Below, piece by piece: positions 15,564 through 24,369 of a DNA stretch of 32,000 bases. Below the pieces are notes generated by a model, which saw only the letters and a list, made by a program, of their open reading frames with translations, was not told where the DNA came from and did not search any database. The DNA is taken from the NCBI RefSeq assembly GCF_000253055.1, contig NC_016070.1, forward strand, positions 870,001 through 902,000. The letters run 5' to 3'. This stretch comes from Thermoproteus tenax Kra 1 (GTDB lineage Archaea; Thermoproteota; Thermoprotei; Thermoproteales; Thermoproteaceae). How positions within the stretch are numbered: the stretch's first letter is position 1; the number at the start of each line of letters is the position of its first letter. The position numbers and the translations under genes are program-made.

Positions 15564-16652
15564 ATGCAGGACTTCAAGGCACTGCTCAAAAGGCTATCCG
15601 AGGCCTTCGGCCCCTCGGGCTTTGAGGACGAGGTCCGCGACCTAGTTATAGAAGAGATGAGGCCCTACGTGGACCAGATATTCGTGGACAAGTGGGGCAA
15701 TGTGTACGGCGTGAAGAAGGGACGCACGGAATACCGAGCAATGGTGGCCGCCCACATGGACGAGATAGGCCTCGTAGTAGACCACGTAGAGAAGAGCGGG
15801 TTCCTTCGCGTGAAGCCTGTAGGGGGGTGGAACGAAGTGACTCTGGTCGGCCAAAGGGTTATAATAAAGGCCAGAGATGGAAGGAAGATCAGAGGAGTGG
15901 TCGGCACTAGACCGCCCCACATAACGCCGCCCGGCAAAGAGAGAGAGGCCCCCGAGATGAAGGACCTCTTCATCGACATAGGCGCCTCGAGCGCCGAGGA
16001 GGTAGCAAAGCTGGGCGTAGAGGTGGGGTCGGTGGCTGTTTTGGATAGGGAGTTCGTCGACTTGGCCTACGACGTCGTGACCGGCAAGGCGTTCGACGAC
16101 AGAGTGGGCCTTGCCGTGATGCTCTATACCCTTAGGCAGTTGGACGATATACCTGTGACTCTCTATGCAGTGGCGACCGTGCAGGAGGAGGTCGGCTTAA
16201 GGGGCGCATCAATAGCGGCGGAGCGCGTGAACCCCCATTACGCTATCGCGTTGGACACTACGGTGGCCTCGGACGTGCCCGGAGCCTCTGAGAGGGACTA
16301 CGTGGCCAGAGTGGGCAAGGGGCCTGCGATCAAGGTCCTAGACGGCGGAAGGGCCGGGCTCTTCATCGCCCATCCGAGGCTCAGAGACTTCATAGTGGAA
16401 GTGGCCAGGAGGGAGGGTATACCGCACCAGCTCGAGGTCCTATACGGCGGAACCACCGACGCTCTGGCTATAGCCTTTAGACGGGAGGGCGTGCCGGCGG
16501 CCACAATATCTATTCCCACTCGCTATATCCACTCGCCTGTGGAGGTGCTCAAAGTGGACGACGCAGTCAATGCCTCCAAGCTGCTCGCCGCAACAATTAG
16601 AAACAGTGATTCTAACTTTATAGAATCTCTACTAGAAAAACATATAAAATAA
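15564..16652 (+). CDS. M42 family metallopeptidase (TET/FrvX-type aminopeptidase)
   Basis: LLKRLSEAFGPSGFEDEVR, AHMDEIGLVV, GKAFDDRVG and the EEVGLRGA blocks. Starts 21 nt after the ligase stop. Confidence 0.85.
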   Translation: MQDFKALLKRLSEAFGPSGFEDEVRDLVIEEMRPYVDQIFVDKWGNVYGVKKGRTEYRAMVAAHMDEIGLVVDHVEKSGFLRVKPVGGWNEVTLVGQRVIIKARDGRKIRGVVGTRPPHITPPGKEREAPEMKDLFIDIGASSAEEVAKLGVEVGSVAVLDREFVDLAYDVVTGKAFDDRVGLAVMLYTLRQLDDIPVTLYAVATVQEEVGLRGASIAAERVNPHYAIALDTTVASDVPGASERDYVARVGKGPAIKVLDGGRAGLFIAHPRLRDFIVEVARREGIPHQLEVLYGGTTDALAIAFRREGVPAATISIPTRYIHSPVEVLKVDDAVNASKLLAATIRNSDSNFIESLLEKHIK

Positions 16653-16700
16653 ATCAACTATATAGCTCTATTAAGTTTATTTTGGCAGTAGGCGTAACTC

Positions 16701-16711
16701 TTATTTAAAAA
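16701..16711 (+). promoter_or_regulatory. TATA-like box for the HADH/ECH-thiolase operon
   Basis: TTATTTAAAAA centred about 25 nt upstream of ATG 16731. Confidence 0.5.
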
Positions 16712-16730
16712 GTTGCGACAACCTCGCTCC

Positions 16731-18722
16731 ATGGCTAAAAAAGTCGCAGTTATCGGCGCTGGCACAATGGGCCACGGCATAGCTGAGCTATTCGCTATAG
16801 CTGGGTACGAAGTGGCCCTGGTTGACGTGGCCGAGGAGTTCCTCAAGAGGGCCCTTCAAAACATAGAGTTATCTCTCAAGAAGTTGGCCGAGAAGGGCCA
16901 ACTCAAGGAGGACTACACGGTGATCCTCTCCAGAATAAAGCCTATTGTGAACGATGTGTGCAAGGCAGTGGAGGGGGCCGAGCTGATGGTGGAGGCCGTG
17001 ATAGAGGAGATAGAGACCAAGAGGAAGGTCTTCGCAGAGGCAGACAGATGTGCGCCGCCCAATGCAATCTTGGCCACTAACACATCCAGTTTGCCCATAA
17101 CCGAGATCTCGGAGGCCGTCAGCGAGAGGAGGCGCCCGCTGGTGGCCGGGATGCACTTCTTCAATCCGCCGCCTCTAATGCCCCTGGTCGAGATAATAAG
17201 GGGTAAGTACACAAGCGACGAGACGGTCAAAAAGATAGCTGAGTACGCTGCCCAACTGGGCAAACAGACGGTAGTGGTCAACAGGGACGTGCCGGGCTTT
17301 ATAGTCAACAGAATATTGGCCAGGCTCAACGACGCGGCGTGTTGGACGGTGGCCAGAGGCGAGGCCGACATAATTGCCGTGGACTCAGCTCTGAGGTATA
17401 GAGTTGGCCTGCCCATGGGCGCATTCCTCCTTATGGACTACGTGGGCATCGACGTCATATGCTTTATCGGCGACGCCATGGCCAAACGCGGTTTCAAGAC
17501 GCATCCTTGCCATCTGATCACCGAGAAGTGCCAACAGAAGAAATATGGCGTAAAGACCGGCGAGGGCTTCTACAAGTACCCCGCCCCCGGCAAGTTCCAG
17601 TGGCCCGACATACCCAAGGAGCCCGGCGAGAAGCTGGACATAGCCGCCCTGTTGGCCCCGGCCATAAACGAGGCGGCCTACCTCGTCAGAGAGGGTATAG
17701 CCACAAAGGAGGACGTAGACAAGGCCGTGAGACTTGGCTTAAACTGGCCGAAGGGCCCGCTAGAGCTAGCAGATGAGCTGGGCATAGACGTTGTGGTGAA
17801 GGTGCTTGAGGCTTGGAAGGCTAAGACGGGCTTTGAGGAATTCGCGCCAGATCCCCTCCTGGTGCAGATGGCGAGCTCCAACAAGTTGGGCAGGAAGACC
17901 GGCGAGGGCTTCTATGTATACTCGAAGGCTGAAGAGAAGAGACTAGAGACTTTGATAATCCGCTACGAGCCGCCAATAGTCTGGATCGTGTTAAACAGGC
18001 CGGAGAGGCTAAACGCGATAAACCAAAAGATGGTAGAGGAGCTCTCTTCCGCTCTCGACGAGATTTCAAGGATGGACTTTGAGAGGGCTCGCGCTGTGAT
18101 AATCACCGGCACCGGCCGTGCCTTCTCAGCAGGAGCCGACATAACGGGGTTCGTGGGCACTACGCCGTTACTCGCCTACAAGCTGTCCAGAGGCCTCCAC
18201 GAAATCACAGAGAAGATTGAAAAACTGGACAGGCCGGTCATATGCGCCTTAAACGGATATACGTTGGGCGGAGGCCTCGAGCTGGCCCTCGCGTGCGACA
18301 TAAGGATAGCCTCGGAGACGGCCATATTGGGACAGCCAGAGGTCAACATAGGCCTCTTCCCGGGCGGGGGAGGCACTCAGAGGCTTGCGAGGCTGGTGGG
18401 CCTTGCCAGAGCCAAGGAGCTCATATTCACAGGGGATAACATCTCCGCCAAGGACGCCGAGAGGATAGGTCTTGTGAACAAAGTGGTGCCTCCGGAGAGG
18501 CTGGAGCAAGAGGCCAGATCACTGGCCCTCAAGCTTGCCGAAAAACCGCCGATAGCTCTGGCGATGGCCAAATACTCTATAAACTACGGCTATGAAGCTC
18601 CGCTGTGGGCCGCCCTAGATCTAGAGGCGGCGCATTTCGGTATAGTGTTCTCCACGGAGGATTTGTATGAGGGCGTGAGCGCATTCTTGCAGAAGAGGAA
18701 GCCGCAATATAAGGGCAAATGA
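16731..18722 (+). CDS. Fused 3-hydroxyacyl-CoA dehydrogenase (N-terminal) / enoyl-CoA hydratase (C-terminal)
   Basis: N-terminus KVAVIGAGTMGHGIA (Rossmann, HADH). The C-terminal half has crotonase blocks AFSAGADITGF and GYTLGGGLELALACDIRIA. ATG 16731 lies about 25 nt downstream of the A/T box at 16701-16711, while the track start TTG 16713 lies next to that box. Confidence 0.9.
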   Translation: MAKKVAVIGAGTMGHGIAELFAIAGYEVALVDVAEEFLKRALQNIELSLKKLAEKGQLKEDYTVILSRIKPIVNDVCKAVEGAELMVEAVIEEIETKRKVFAEADRCAPPNAILATNTSSLPITEISEAVSERRRPLVAGMHFFNPPPLMPLVEIIRGKYTSDETVKKIAEYAAQLGKQTVVVNRDVPGFIVNRILARLNDAACWTVARGEADIIAVDSALRYRVGLPMGAFLLMDYVGIDVICFIGDAMAKRGFKTHPCHLITEKCQQKKYGVKTGEGFYKYPAPGKFQWPDIPKEPGEKLDIAALLAPAINEAAYLVREGIATKEDVDKAVRLGLNWPKGPLELADELGIDVVVKVLEAWKAKTGFEEFAPDPLLVQMASSNKLGRKTGEGFYVYSKAEEKRLETLIIRYEPPIVWIVLNRPERLNAINQKMVEELSSALDEISRMDFERARAVIITGTGRAFSAGADITGFVGTTPLLAYKLSRGLHEITEKIEKLDRPVICALNGYTLGGGLELALACDIRIASETAILGQPEVNIGLFPGGGGTQRLARLVGLARAKELIFTGDNISAKDAERIGLVNKVVPPERLEQEARSLALKLAEKPPIALAMAKYSINYGYEAPLWAALDLEAAHFGIVFSTEDLYEGVSAFLQKRKPQYKGK

Positions 18723-19906
18723 GCCTACGCAACGTATACATAGTAGATTTTCGCCGAGTTCCCTTCAGCAGATTCACCAGAAAGGAGCCCCAGAGGGATA
18801 TATACTATAATATGAGGCCAGAGGAAGTCGCAGCCATAGTGGTCAGGGACCTCATTGAGAGGAACGGCATAAGGCCAGAGGACGTTGACGACCTCATAAC
18901 GGGCATGGCGTTACAGACAGGGGAGGGGTTCCTCTATGGAGGCAGACACATCGTCTTCGCCGCCAAGTTGCCTGTGACAATACCGGCGGCGGCCGTGGAC
19001 AGGCAGTGCGCCTCTTCTATAACCTCCGTAGTGATGGGCGCCAATGAAATAGCGACCGGCATGGCCGACGTAGTGATAGCGGGAGGCGTCGAACATATGT
19101 CCAGAGTTCCGATGTACGACAATCCCCACATAGTGTTGAACCCCAAGTTCTTCACCGAAGAGTATGCCTTCTATGAGCTGAACATAGGATACGTCATGGG
19201 GCTCACTGCAGAGAGACTGGCGGAGGAGGCCAAGATCTCCAGAGAAGAGATGGACAGGTGGAGCTTGAGGAGCCATCAGCTGGCCTACAAGGCGCAACAA
19301 GAGGGCTACTTCAAGGGGGAAATAATACCTGTCGAGGTAGAGTCCGAGGGGAGGAAGATCGTTGTGGACTACGACATGTCCGTGAGGCCGGATACAAGTC
19401 TGGAGAAGTTGAGCAAACTGCCCCCGGCCTTCAAGGCGGACGGTGTGATAACGGCTGGCAACTCGTCGCCGCTCAACACGGGCGCCGCCTACCTCTTGCT
19501 GATGTCCGAGAGGGCCGTGAAGAAGTACGGCCTTCAGCCTATGGCTAGGTTCGTCAGCTACGGCTTCGCTGGAGTTCCGCCCGCCGTAATGGGAAAGGGA
19601 CCTGTGCCGGCTTCTAGGAAGGCCCTGGAGAAAGCCGGCTTAAAGGTTAGAGATATAGATCTGTGGGAGATCAACGAGGCATTCGCGGTGGTTACTCTAT
19701 ATGCCATAAAGGAGTTAGGGATAGAGGAGGACAGAGTTAACAAGAGGGGAGGGGCCATAGCGATAGGCCACCCCCTCGGAGCGACGGGCGCCCGGATAAT
19801 CGGCACTTTGGCCAGACAGTTGCAGATGGAGGGCAAGGACAGAGGAGTTGCGACTTTATGTGTTGGCGGAGGCCAAGGCGCCGCAGTGATAATTGAACGA
19901 GTATAA
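18719..19906 (+). CDS. Acetyl-CoA C-acyltransferase (type II thiolase)
   Basis: VDRQCASS (nucleophilic Cys), GGAIAIGHPLGATGARI and LCVGGGQGAAVIIE signatures. ATGA overlap with the upstream fusion gene. Confidence 0.9.
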   Translation: MSLRNVYIVDFRRVPFSRFTRKEPQRDIYYNMRPEEVAAIVVRDLIERNGIRPEDVDDLITGMALQTGEGFLYGGRHIVFAAKLPVTIPAAAVDRQCASSITSVVMGANEIATGMADVVIAGGVEHMSRVPMYDNPHIVLNPKFFTEEYAFYELNIGYVMGLTAERLAEEAKISREEMDRWSLRSHQLAYKAQQEGYFKGEIIPVEVESEGRKIVVDYDMSVRPDTSLEKLSKLPPAFKADGVITAGNSSPLNTGAAYLLLMSERAVKKYGLQPMARFVSYGFAGVPPAVMGKGPVPASRKALEKAGLKVRDIDLWEINEAFAVVTLYAIKELGIEEDRVNKRGGAIAIGHPLGATGARIIGTLARQLQMEGKDRGVATLCVGGGQGAAVIIERV

Positions 19907-19916
19907 TTTTTAATAT
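19904..19916 (+). promoter_or_regulatory. TATA-like box for aIF2-beta/TusA-like
   Basis: TAATTTTTAATAT overlaps the thiolase stop and is centred about 25 nt upstream of GTG 19935. Confidence 0.5.
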
Positions 19917-19934
19917 GCCCCCAAGTGTCGCTTT

Positions 19935-20345
19935 GTGTCCTCAGATAAGGAGTACGTGGACCTATTGGAGCGAGCCTATAAGGTCGTAACGCCGAGGGCG
20001 CAGAGGAGAGCGGAGATCCCCAAGCTCGAGGTGCAGATACTACCTAGGAGGACCGTCGTGGTAAACTTGGGCCAGATAGCCAAGAGGTTGAACAGAGACC
20101 CCGCGCATATAGCAAAGTTCTTCCAGAAGGAGTTGGCCACGCCGGGCTCTATCGATGGAGAGTCTCTGGTTCTAAGCGGGGAGCGTAACCCGAAGGTGGT
20201 CGAGGCAGTCTACGAGCGATATCTCAAGTACTTCGTGATATGCCCCGTCTGCGGCTCTATCGACACCGTGCTCCAGAGGGAGGGGCGCGTCTACATGTTG
20301 CGTTGCACGGCCTGCGGAGCGACCACGCCGGTGAAGCCAATATAA
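19935..20345 (+). CDS. eif2b: Translation initiation factor aIF2 subunit beta
   Basis: 136 aa with the C-terminal zinc ribbon [11 protein letters not shown]...[11 protein letters not shown] and the aIF2-beta core block. GTG start lies about 25 nt downstream of the A/T box at 19904-19916. Confidence 0.85.
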   Translation: MSSDKEYVDLLERAYKVVTPRAQRRAEIPKLEVQILPRRTVVVNLGQIAKRLNRDPAHIAKFFQKELATPGSIDGESLVLSGERNPKVVEAVYERYLKYFVICPVCGSIDTVLQREGRVYMLRCTACGATTPVKPI

Positions 20346-20564
20346 ATGAGGACGTACAACATTAGGGGCCCCTGCCCGGAGCTCGCAATAACTCTCGCTA
20401 GGGCTATGGAGGAGCTAGCGCCCGGGGAGCAAGCGTTGTTTGTTACAAGGTGGAGGTACGTAGCTGAGGACATAAGATCTGCGGCGCCCTCTATGGGGTT
20501 CGAGGTGCTCTCTGTTACAGAAAGAGGAGGAAACGTCGAGATACTTGTGAGGAAACGCGCCTAA
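20346..20564 (+). CDS. TusA/SirA-like sulfur-carrier fold protein
   Basis: 72 aa. IRGPCPELAITLARAMEELAPGEQALFV followed by DIRS and GFEV matches the TusA layout (xRGxxCPxP...G...DI...G), with a single Cys. ATG immediately follows the aIF2-beta stop (TAAATG). Confidence 0.75.
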   Translation: MRTYNIRGPCPELAITLARAMEELAPGEQALFVTRWRYVAEDIRSAAPSMGFEVLSVTERGGNVEILVRKRA

Positions 20565-20950
20565 AACGTCAAGACTAGATCAGCCTCCCTGCTCAGAGCC
20601 ACAAAGGTCATAGTGCCTCCATATTTAACTCCGTCGAGCACGTCGACGCCCAACATTTTGGCCACCGGCTCGTCCACATATATCTGGATCCCAGCCCTCA
20701 AAGCCTCCTGGGCCAACTCGTCTACGCTCTTTGCGCCGATTTTCTTCAGCTTCCAATTAACGTACCAACGCGCGATCGAAGGCACGCCAATCAGCCTTGT
20801 CTTGGGCCGCTTCGACGCTATATAGACGCCCAGACCCGTCAAAAAGAGGGTTACGTCGTAACCCATCGCCTTAGCCGATATAGCGATGGCCAAAGCGTGG
20901 TAGGCCCTCGCTAGGTCGTTATCGGCGAGAAGTACAACGGCTTTGCCCAT
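20561..20950 (-). CDS. DsrE/DsrF-like family protein (COG2210-like), cysteine-free
   Basis: 129 aa. KAVVLLADNDLARAYHALAIAISAKAMGYDVTLFLTGLGV is typical of the DsrE-like fold. The sequence contains no Cys at all. Its ATG shares a nucleotide with the rtcB stop (TAATG). Confidence 0.65.
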   Translation of the reverse strand: MGKAVVLLADNDLARAYHALAIAISAKAMGYDVTLFLTGLGVYIASKRPKTRLIGVPSIARWYVNWKLKKIGAKSVDELAQEALRAGIQIYVDEPVAKMLGVDVLDGVKYGGTMTFVALSREADLVLTF

Positions 20951-22401
20951 TAGCCTTTGACGACCCCAATGGGCCGCTGGCGGACGACCTTCTTCGCAAA
21001 GCCCACTTGGTGCGCTGTCTCAACCACCAGGTCCACGTTCTTGTAGGCCTCGGGGGCCTCCTCGCTGATAACCTCAGTTTCGGCGCTTCTGACTATGATC
21101 CCCCTCTTCTCAAGCTCGGTCCGCACCTTCTGCGGCGGGAACGATCTGATCGCCGCCTCGCGGCTCAACATACGGCCTGCGCCGTGGGGGGCTGTGCCGA
21201 AGGTTATCCTCATGGCCTCGTGCGTGCCCACTAAGATCCACGAGGCGGAGCCCATGCTGCCCGGTATAAGCACAGGTTGGCCGATCTCCCTATATTTGGC
21301 AGGTATCTCCGGATGGCCAGGCGGAAACGCCCTGGTAGCTCCCTTGCGGTGCACCCAGACTCTCTTAACTGTGCCTTTATCGTCTACCACGTGATCCTCC
21401 AGTTTGGCTATGTTGTGGGCCACGTCGTACACTATCTCGAGGCCGACCTTCTCCACAGAGCCAAAGACTCTTCTGAAGGCCTCTCTCACCCAATGCATTA
21501 TTATCTGGCGGTTTGTCCACGCGAAGTTGGCGGCGGCGGCCATCGCCTTGAGGTAATCTTCCGCCACCTTGTCTTTAAGAGGCGCCGCTGCAAGCTCGCG
21601 GTCAGGTAGCCTGAGCCCCCACTCCCTCATCTTCCTCTCCATTATCATGAGGTAGTCTGTGGCCACTTGGTGGCCGAAGCCTCTGCTGCCTGTGTGTATC
21701 ATAACGAGGATCTGTCCCTCTTGCTCAATGCCCATGGTCTTGGCCGCCCTCTCGTCGAATATCTTGTCAACGACTTGTATCTCCAAGAAGTGGTTGCCCG
21801 AGCCCAGAGTGCCCAGCTGGTCCTTGCCCCTGTTTTTGGCTCTATCGGACACCTTGGAGGCATCGGCCAGATCCCAAGACCCCTTCTGTTCTATGAACTC
21901 TTTGTCCTCAGGCCACCCAAATCCCTTAGATATCGCCCACTCCACGCCCTCTGTTATGGCTTTGTCGAACTCGGAGGTGGAGAGTTTCAGATGGCCCGTC
22001 TCCCCGACGCCGGGCGGAACGAGGCGGAATATCTCGTCCACTAGCTCCTTCAGCTTGGGCCTCACGTCCTTCTCAGTTAGGTTCGTCCTCAACACTCTGA
22101 CTCCGCAGTTGATATCATAGCCTATGCCGCCGGGGCTTATCACGCCCTCATTGGCGTCAACCGCTGCAACTCCCCCTATGGGGAACCCATAGCCTTGGTG
22201 GCCGTCGGGAAGGACTATGCTGTACTTGTATATGCCCGGCAGACAGGCGACGTTTGCGCCTTGTTCTAACGTCATATCCGTCTTCATTTTCTCCAATAGA
22301 ACAGAGTCGGCGAAGACCCTAACGGGGACCCTCATGCACTGTTTGTACGTCTTGGGGATCTCCCAGATATAGTCCGAGATCTTATTTAAAGGTGGAGCCA
22401 T
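20950..22401 (-). CDS. rtcB: RNA-splicing ligase RtcB
   Basis: 483 aa. GGIGYDINCGVR, HTGSRGFGHQV and GTAPHGAGR (guanylyl-His region). No intein insertion visible. Confidence 0.95.
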   Translation of the reverse strand: MAPPLNKISDYIWEIPKTYKQCMRVPVRVFADSVLLEKMKTDMTLEQGANVACLPGIYKYSIVLPDGHQGYGFPIGGVAAVDANEGVISPGGIGYDINCGVRVLRTNLTEKDVRPKLKELVDEIFRLVPPGVGETGHLKLSTSEFDKAITEGVEWAISKGFGWPEDKEFIEQKGSWDLADASKVSDRAKNRGKDQLGTLGSGNHFLEIQVVDKIFDERAAKTMGIEQEGQILVMIHTGSRGFGHQVATDYLMIMERKMREWGLRLPDRELAAAPLKDKVAEDYLKAMAAAANFAWTNRQIIMHWVREAFRRVFGSVEKVGLEIVYDVAHNIAKLEDHVVDDKGTVKRVWVHRKGATRAFPPGHPEIPAKYREIGQPVLIPGSMGSASWILVGTHEAMRITFGTAPHGAGRMLSREAAIRSFPPQKVRTELEKRGIIVRSAETEVISEEAPEAYKNVDLVVETAHQVGFAKKVVRQRPIGVVKG

Positions 22402-22418
22402 GGCCGTACTGCCATATC

Positions 22419-22429
22419 GTTTTTAAAAC
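22419..22429 (-). promoter_or_regulatory. TATA-like box for rtcB
   Basis: The minus strand reads GTTTTAAAAAC, centred about 24 nt upstream of ATG 22401. Confidence 0.5.
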
Positions 22430-22486
22430 CTTTCGCTCACTCCGCAGAAAACTTCGTTTCTCACCAAGATTGCGTCGTACAACGAT

Positions 22487-22499
22487 CTATTTATAAATT
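22487..22499 (+). promoter_or_regulatory. TATA-like box for the CorA-like gene
   Basis: CTATTTATAAATT centred about 26 nt upstream of ATG 22519. Confidence 0.45.
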
Positions 22500-22518
22500 C
22501 TCTATAAAAATAGATAAT

Positions 22519-23160
22519 ATGTACAATTTAAATGAGGAGGATAATTACTTAGTTATAGAATTAGCTTCAATAGCTTTAAAGGATGACGACATAGTCGAAA
22601 GTAGGATTGTTCTTAAGACCGATAGGGCGGGGGCTGTGTTGGAGGGCGGATATAAATCGGTGGACGACGCATTGAACGTATCCGCCGAATCGCTCCTGGA
22701 TGTAATTGATCGCGTGGAGGCAGAGATGGACAAAATCGAATACGCCTTGGAGTCAGACCTGAGGGTGGAGCCGATGCAGATATATGATGTATCATACCTC
22801 GTCCACGCAGTCTACGACCACGCGATGGCCCTCAGAGCGTTGGCCAACCAACTAGCGCGGAGGAGGCTCGTGAAGCGTAAAACCGCGGAGCGCATCAGAT
22901 ACGCATCCAGACGGGCCGCCGCCCTAAGGCGCGGCCTCTTAGATCTAAGGCTGCTCTACCTTAGCCAAATTCAAAGCTCGATAAACATCTCCATGAAGAG
23001 GATGACCCTAGTGAGCACGCTCGCGCTACCTGCCATACTAATATCGAGTATATACGGCATGAACCTCTCGCACATCCCGCTCGCCGACAATCCCCTAGCC
23101 GTTTTCGGCATAATGGCTCTTGCCTCTGCCATATTCGCCCTACTGGTTTATAGAATGTAA
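22519..23160 (+). CDS. Short CorA-like divalent-cation transporter family protein
   Basis: The C-terminus has two TM helices joined by the YGMN signature (SSIYGMNLSHIP). At 213 aa, the cytoplasmic domain is much shorter than in canonical CorA. Confidence 0.7.
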   Translation: MYNLNEEDNYLVIELASIALKDDDIVESRIVLKTDRAGAVLEGGYKSVDDALNVSAESLLDVIDRVEAEMDKIEYALESDLRVEPMQIYDVSYLVHAVYDHAMALRALANQLARRRLVKRKTAERIRYASRRAAALRRGLLDLRLLYLSQIQSSINISMKRMTLVSTLALPAILISSIYGMNLSHIPLADNPLAVFGIMALASAIFALLVYRM

Positions 23161-23174
23161 AGAATAAGAGATTT

Positions 23175-24293
23175 TCACTGGGCGACTCCAACGGTGTTGC
23201 CCACGCCGACTAGGACAACAGCATCGCCCGGCTGAGTCTTCTCCCTCAAGAAGTCCACGACCCTCTTGCTGACCATCTGTACGGCCTCGTAGATCTCCTT
23301 GGTCATCGCCGTAAGCGCCTCAGCCTCCCTCATCTTTATCAAAAAGGCGTACAACGGAACGCCGTACTTAGTCGCTATGCCCTCTATGTTGAACTTCTCA
23401 GCCCCAACTCCCCCCATGGCTACGCCGACGCCCTCCGCTATGTCGCCCGTCCTCTCGCCCTCGAGCTTTAGGGCTGCGTCGACAGTTATTATGTACTTCG
23501 GCCTCACTCCCAGTTTCTCGAAGACGAACTCAACGCCCTCATCGGGTCTGCCCACAGTGCTGCCGGGCCCCCTAGCCTTTATTATGAACAGACGCCTTCC
23601 CTCGAAATCGCACTCAGTGATCGATGTATCCTTTATCCCATCGTGTACTATCGGTTGAGAGCAAGTCTTAGAGACATTGTAGGCGACCATGGGGCCCGCA
23701 CTATCGCCCACGGGCAGCCCCTTCAGAAACGCCGAGACGGCTCCGTTTAAGGCGTCGGACACCTCCTTCAAGATGGGCAACAACATCGAGAGCTGCATAG
23801 CATATACATATAATTTATACTTCCTCGCTATCCTATAATAATGATCAACTATTTTATATAGAAAGTTTATTTCTCTTAGGGCCTCGAGCGCCGTCGAGAC
23901 GTTCTTCACAGAGACGGTATTGTCTCCGACCAGCTTGGCCACTTCAGACTCGGCGGCAGTCTCATACGCGTTCAAGATGTTCTTATACTTGGGAACTATG
24001 CCGAACGGGTCCAAGCTAGTAGGCGGAATTACTGTGAAGTCCAACATCCTCTTTATCACATCGTCGACGTCTTTACGGCCTACCCCCTGTCTCTTCAGCC
24101 TCTCCAGATGATTGCCTATGTCGTTGGAGGCGCTCCTTATCATCTGCCCCAAGTATGACAGAAATCCTCCTATCTGCCACAAGGGCCTCTGTATATAATA
24201 GAACTCTTGATATATGTATATTGCAGCAAACCATATTATCGTAGTTATTATCCAGTACCACAAGCTCGACCCGGTTGTAGTTTGCAAGATCAT
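23175..24293 (-). CDS. Membrane-anchored protein of unknown function (DUF1512-like; family name from memory)
   Basis: 372 aa. N-terminal TM helix (LWYWIITTIIWFAAIYIY), a helical middle region, and a Gly-rich alpha/beta C-terminal domain (GPGSTVGRPDEG, GVGVAMGGVGAEKF). Own A/T box at 24314-24326. Confidence 0.7.
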   Translation of the reverse strand: MILQTTTGSSLWYWIITTIIWFAAIYIYQEFYYIQRPLWQIGGFLSYLGQMIRSASNDIGNHLERLKRQGVGRKDVDDVIKRMLDFTVIPPTSLDPFGIVPKYKNILNAYETAAESEVAKLVGDNTVSVKNVSTALEALREINFLYKIVDHYYRIARKYKLYVYAMQLSMLLPILKEVSDALNGAVSAFLKGLPVGDSAGPMVAYNVSKTCSQPIVHDGIKDTSITECDFEGRRLFIIKARGPGSTVGRPDEGVEFVFEKLGVRPKYIITVDAALKLEGERTGDIAEGVGVAMGGVGAEKFNIEGIATKYGVPLYAFLIKMREAEALTAMTKEIYEAVQMVSKRVVDFLREKTQPGDAVVLVGVGNTVGVAQ

Positions 24294-24313
24294 TGCCCCT
24301 TCTGCGTTAAACC

Positions 24314-24326
24314 ATTAAAAATATTT
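24314..24326 (-). promoter_or_regulatory. TATA-like box for the DUF1512-like gene
   Basis: The minus strand reads AAATATTTTTAAT, centred about 27 nt upstream of ATG 24293. Confidence 0.45.
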
Positions 24327-24369
24327 CAGTGTTCGAGGACTCGTTCATTAATCACACTGCACGCGTTCA

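Noticed and set aside
12001-16730. A shared operator motif across all beta-oxidation promoters
   Set aside because: I compared the four promoter regions by eye. Apart from generic A/T boxes and TTAAG-like pentamers, nothing convincing is shared. Only the local 13-nt direct repeat at 12004-12040 is reported.
22519-23160. CorA-like protein as a CRISPR type III-associated membrane effector
   Set aside because: No cas, cyclase, nucleotide-signal or degradase genes lie nearby. The idea rests only on the short, divergent architecture.
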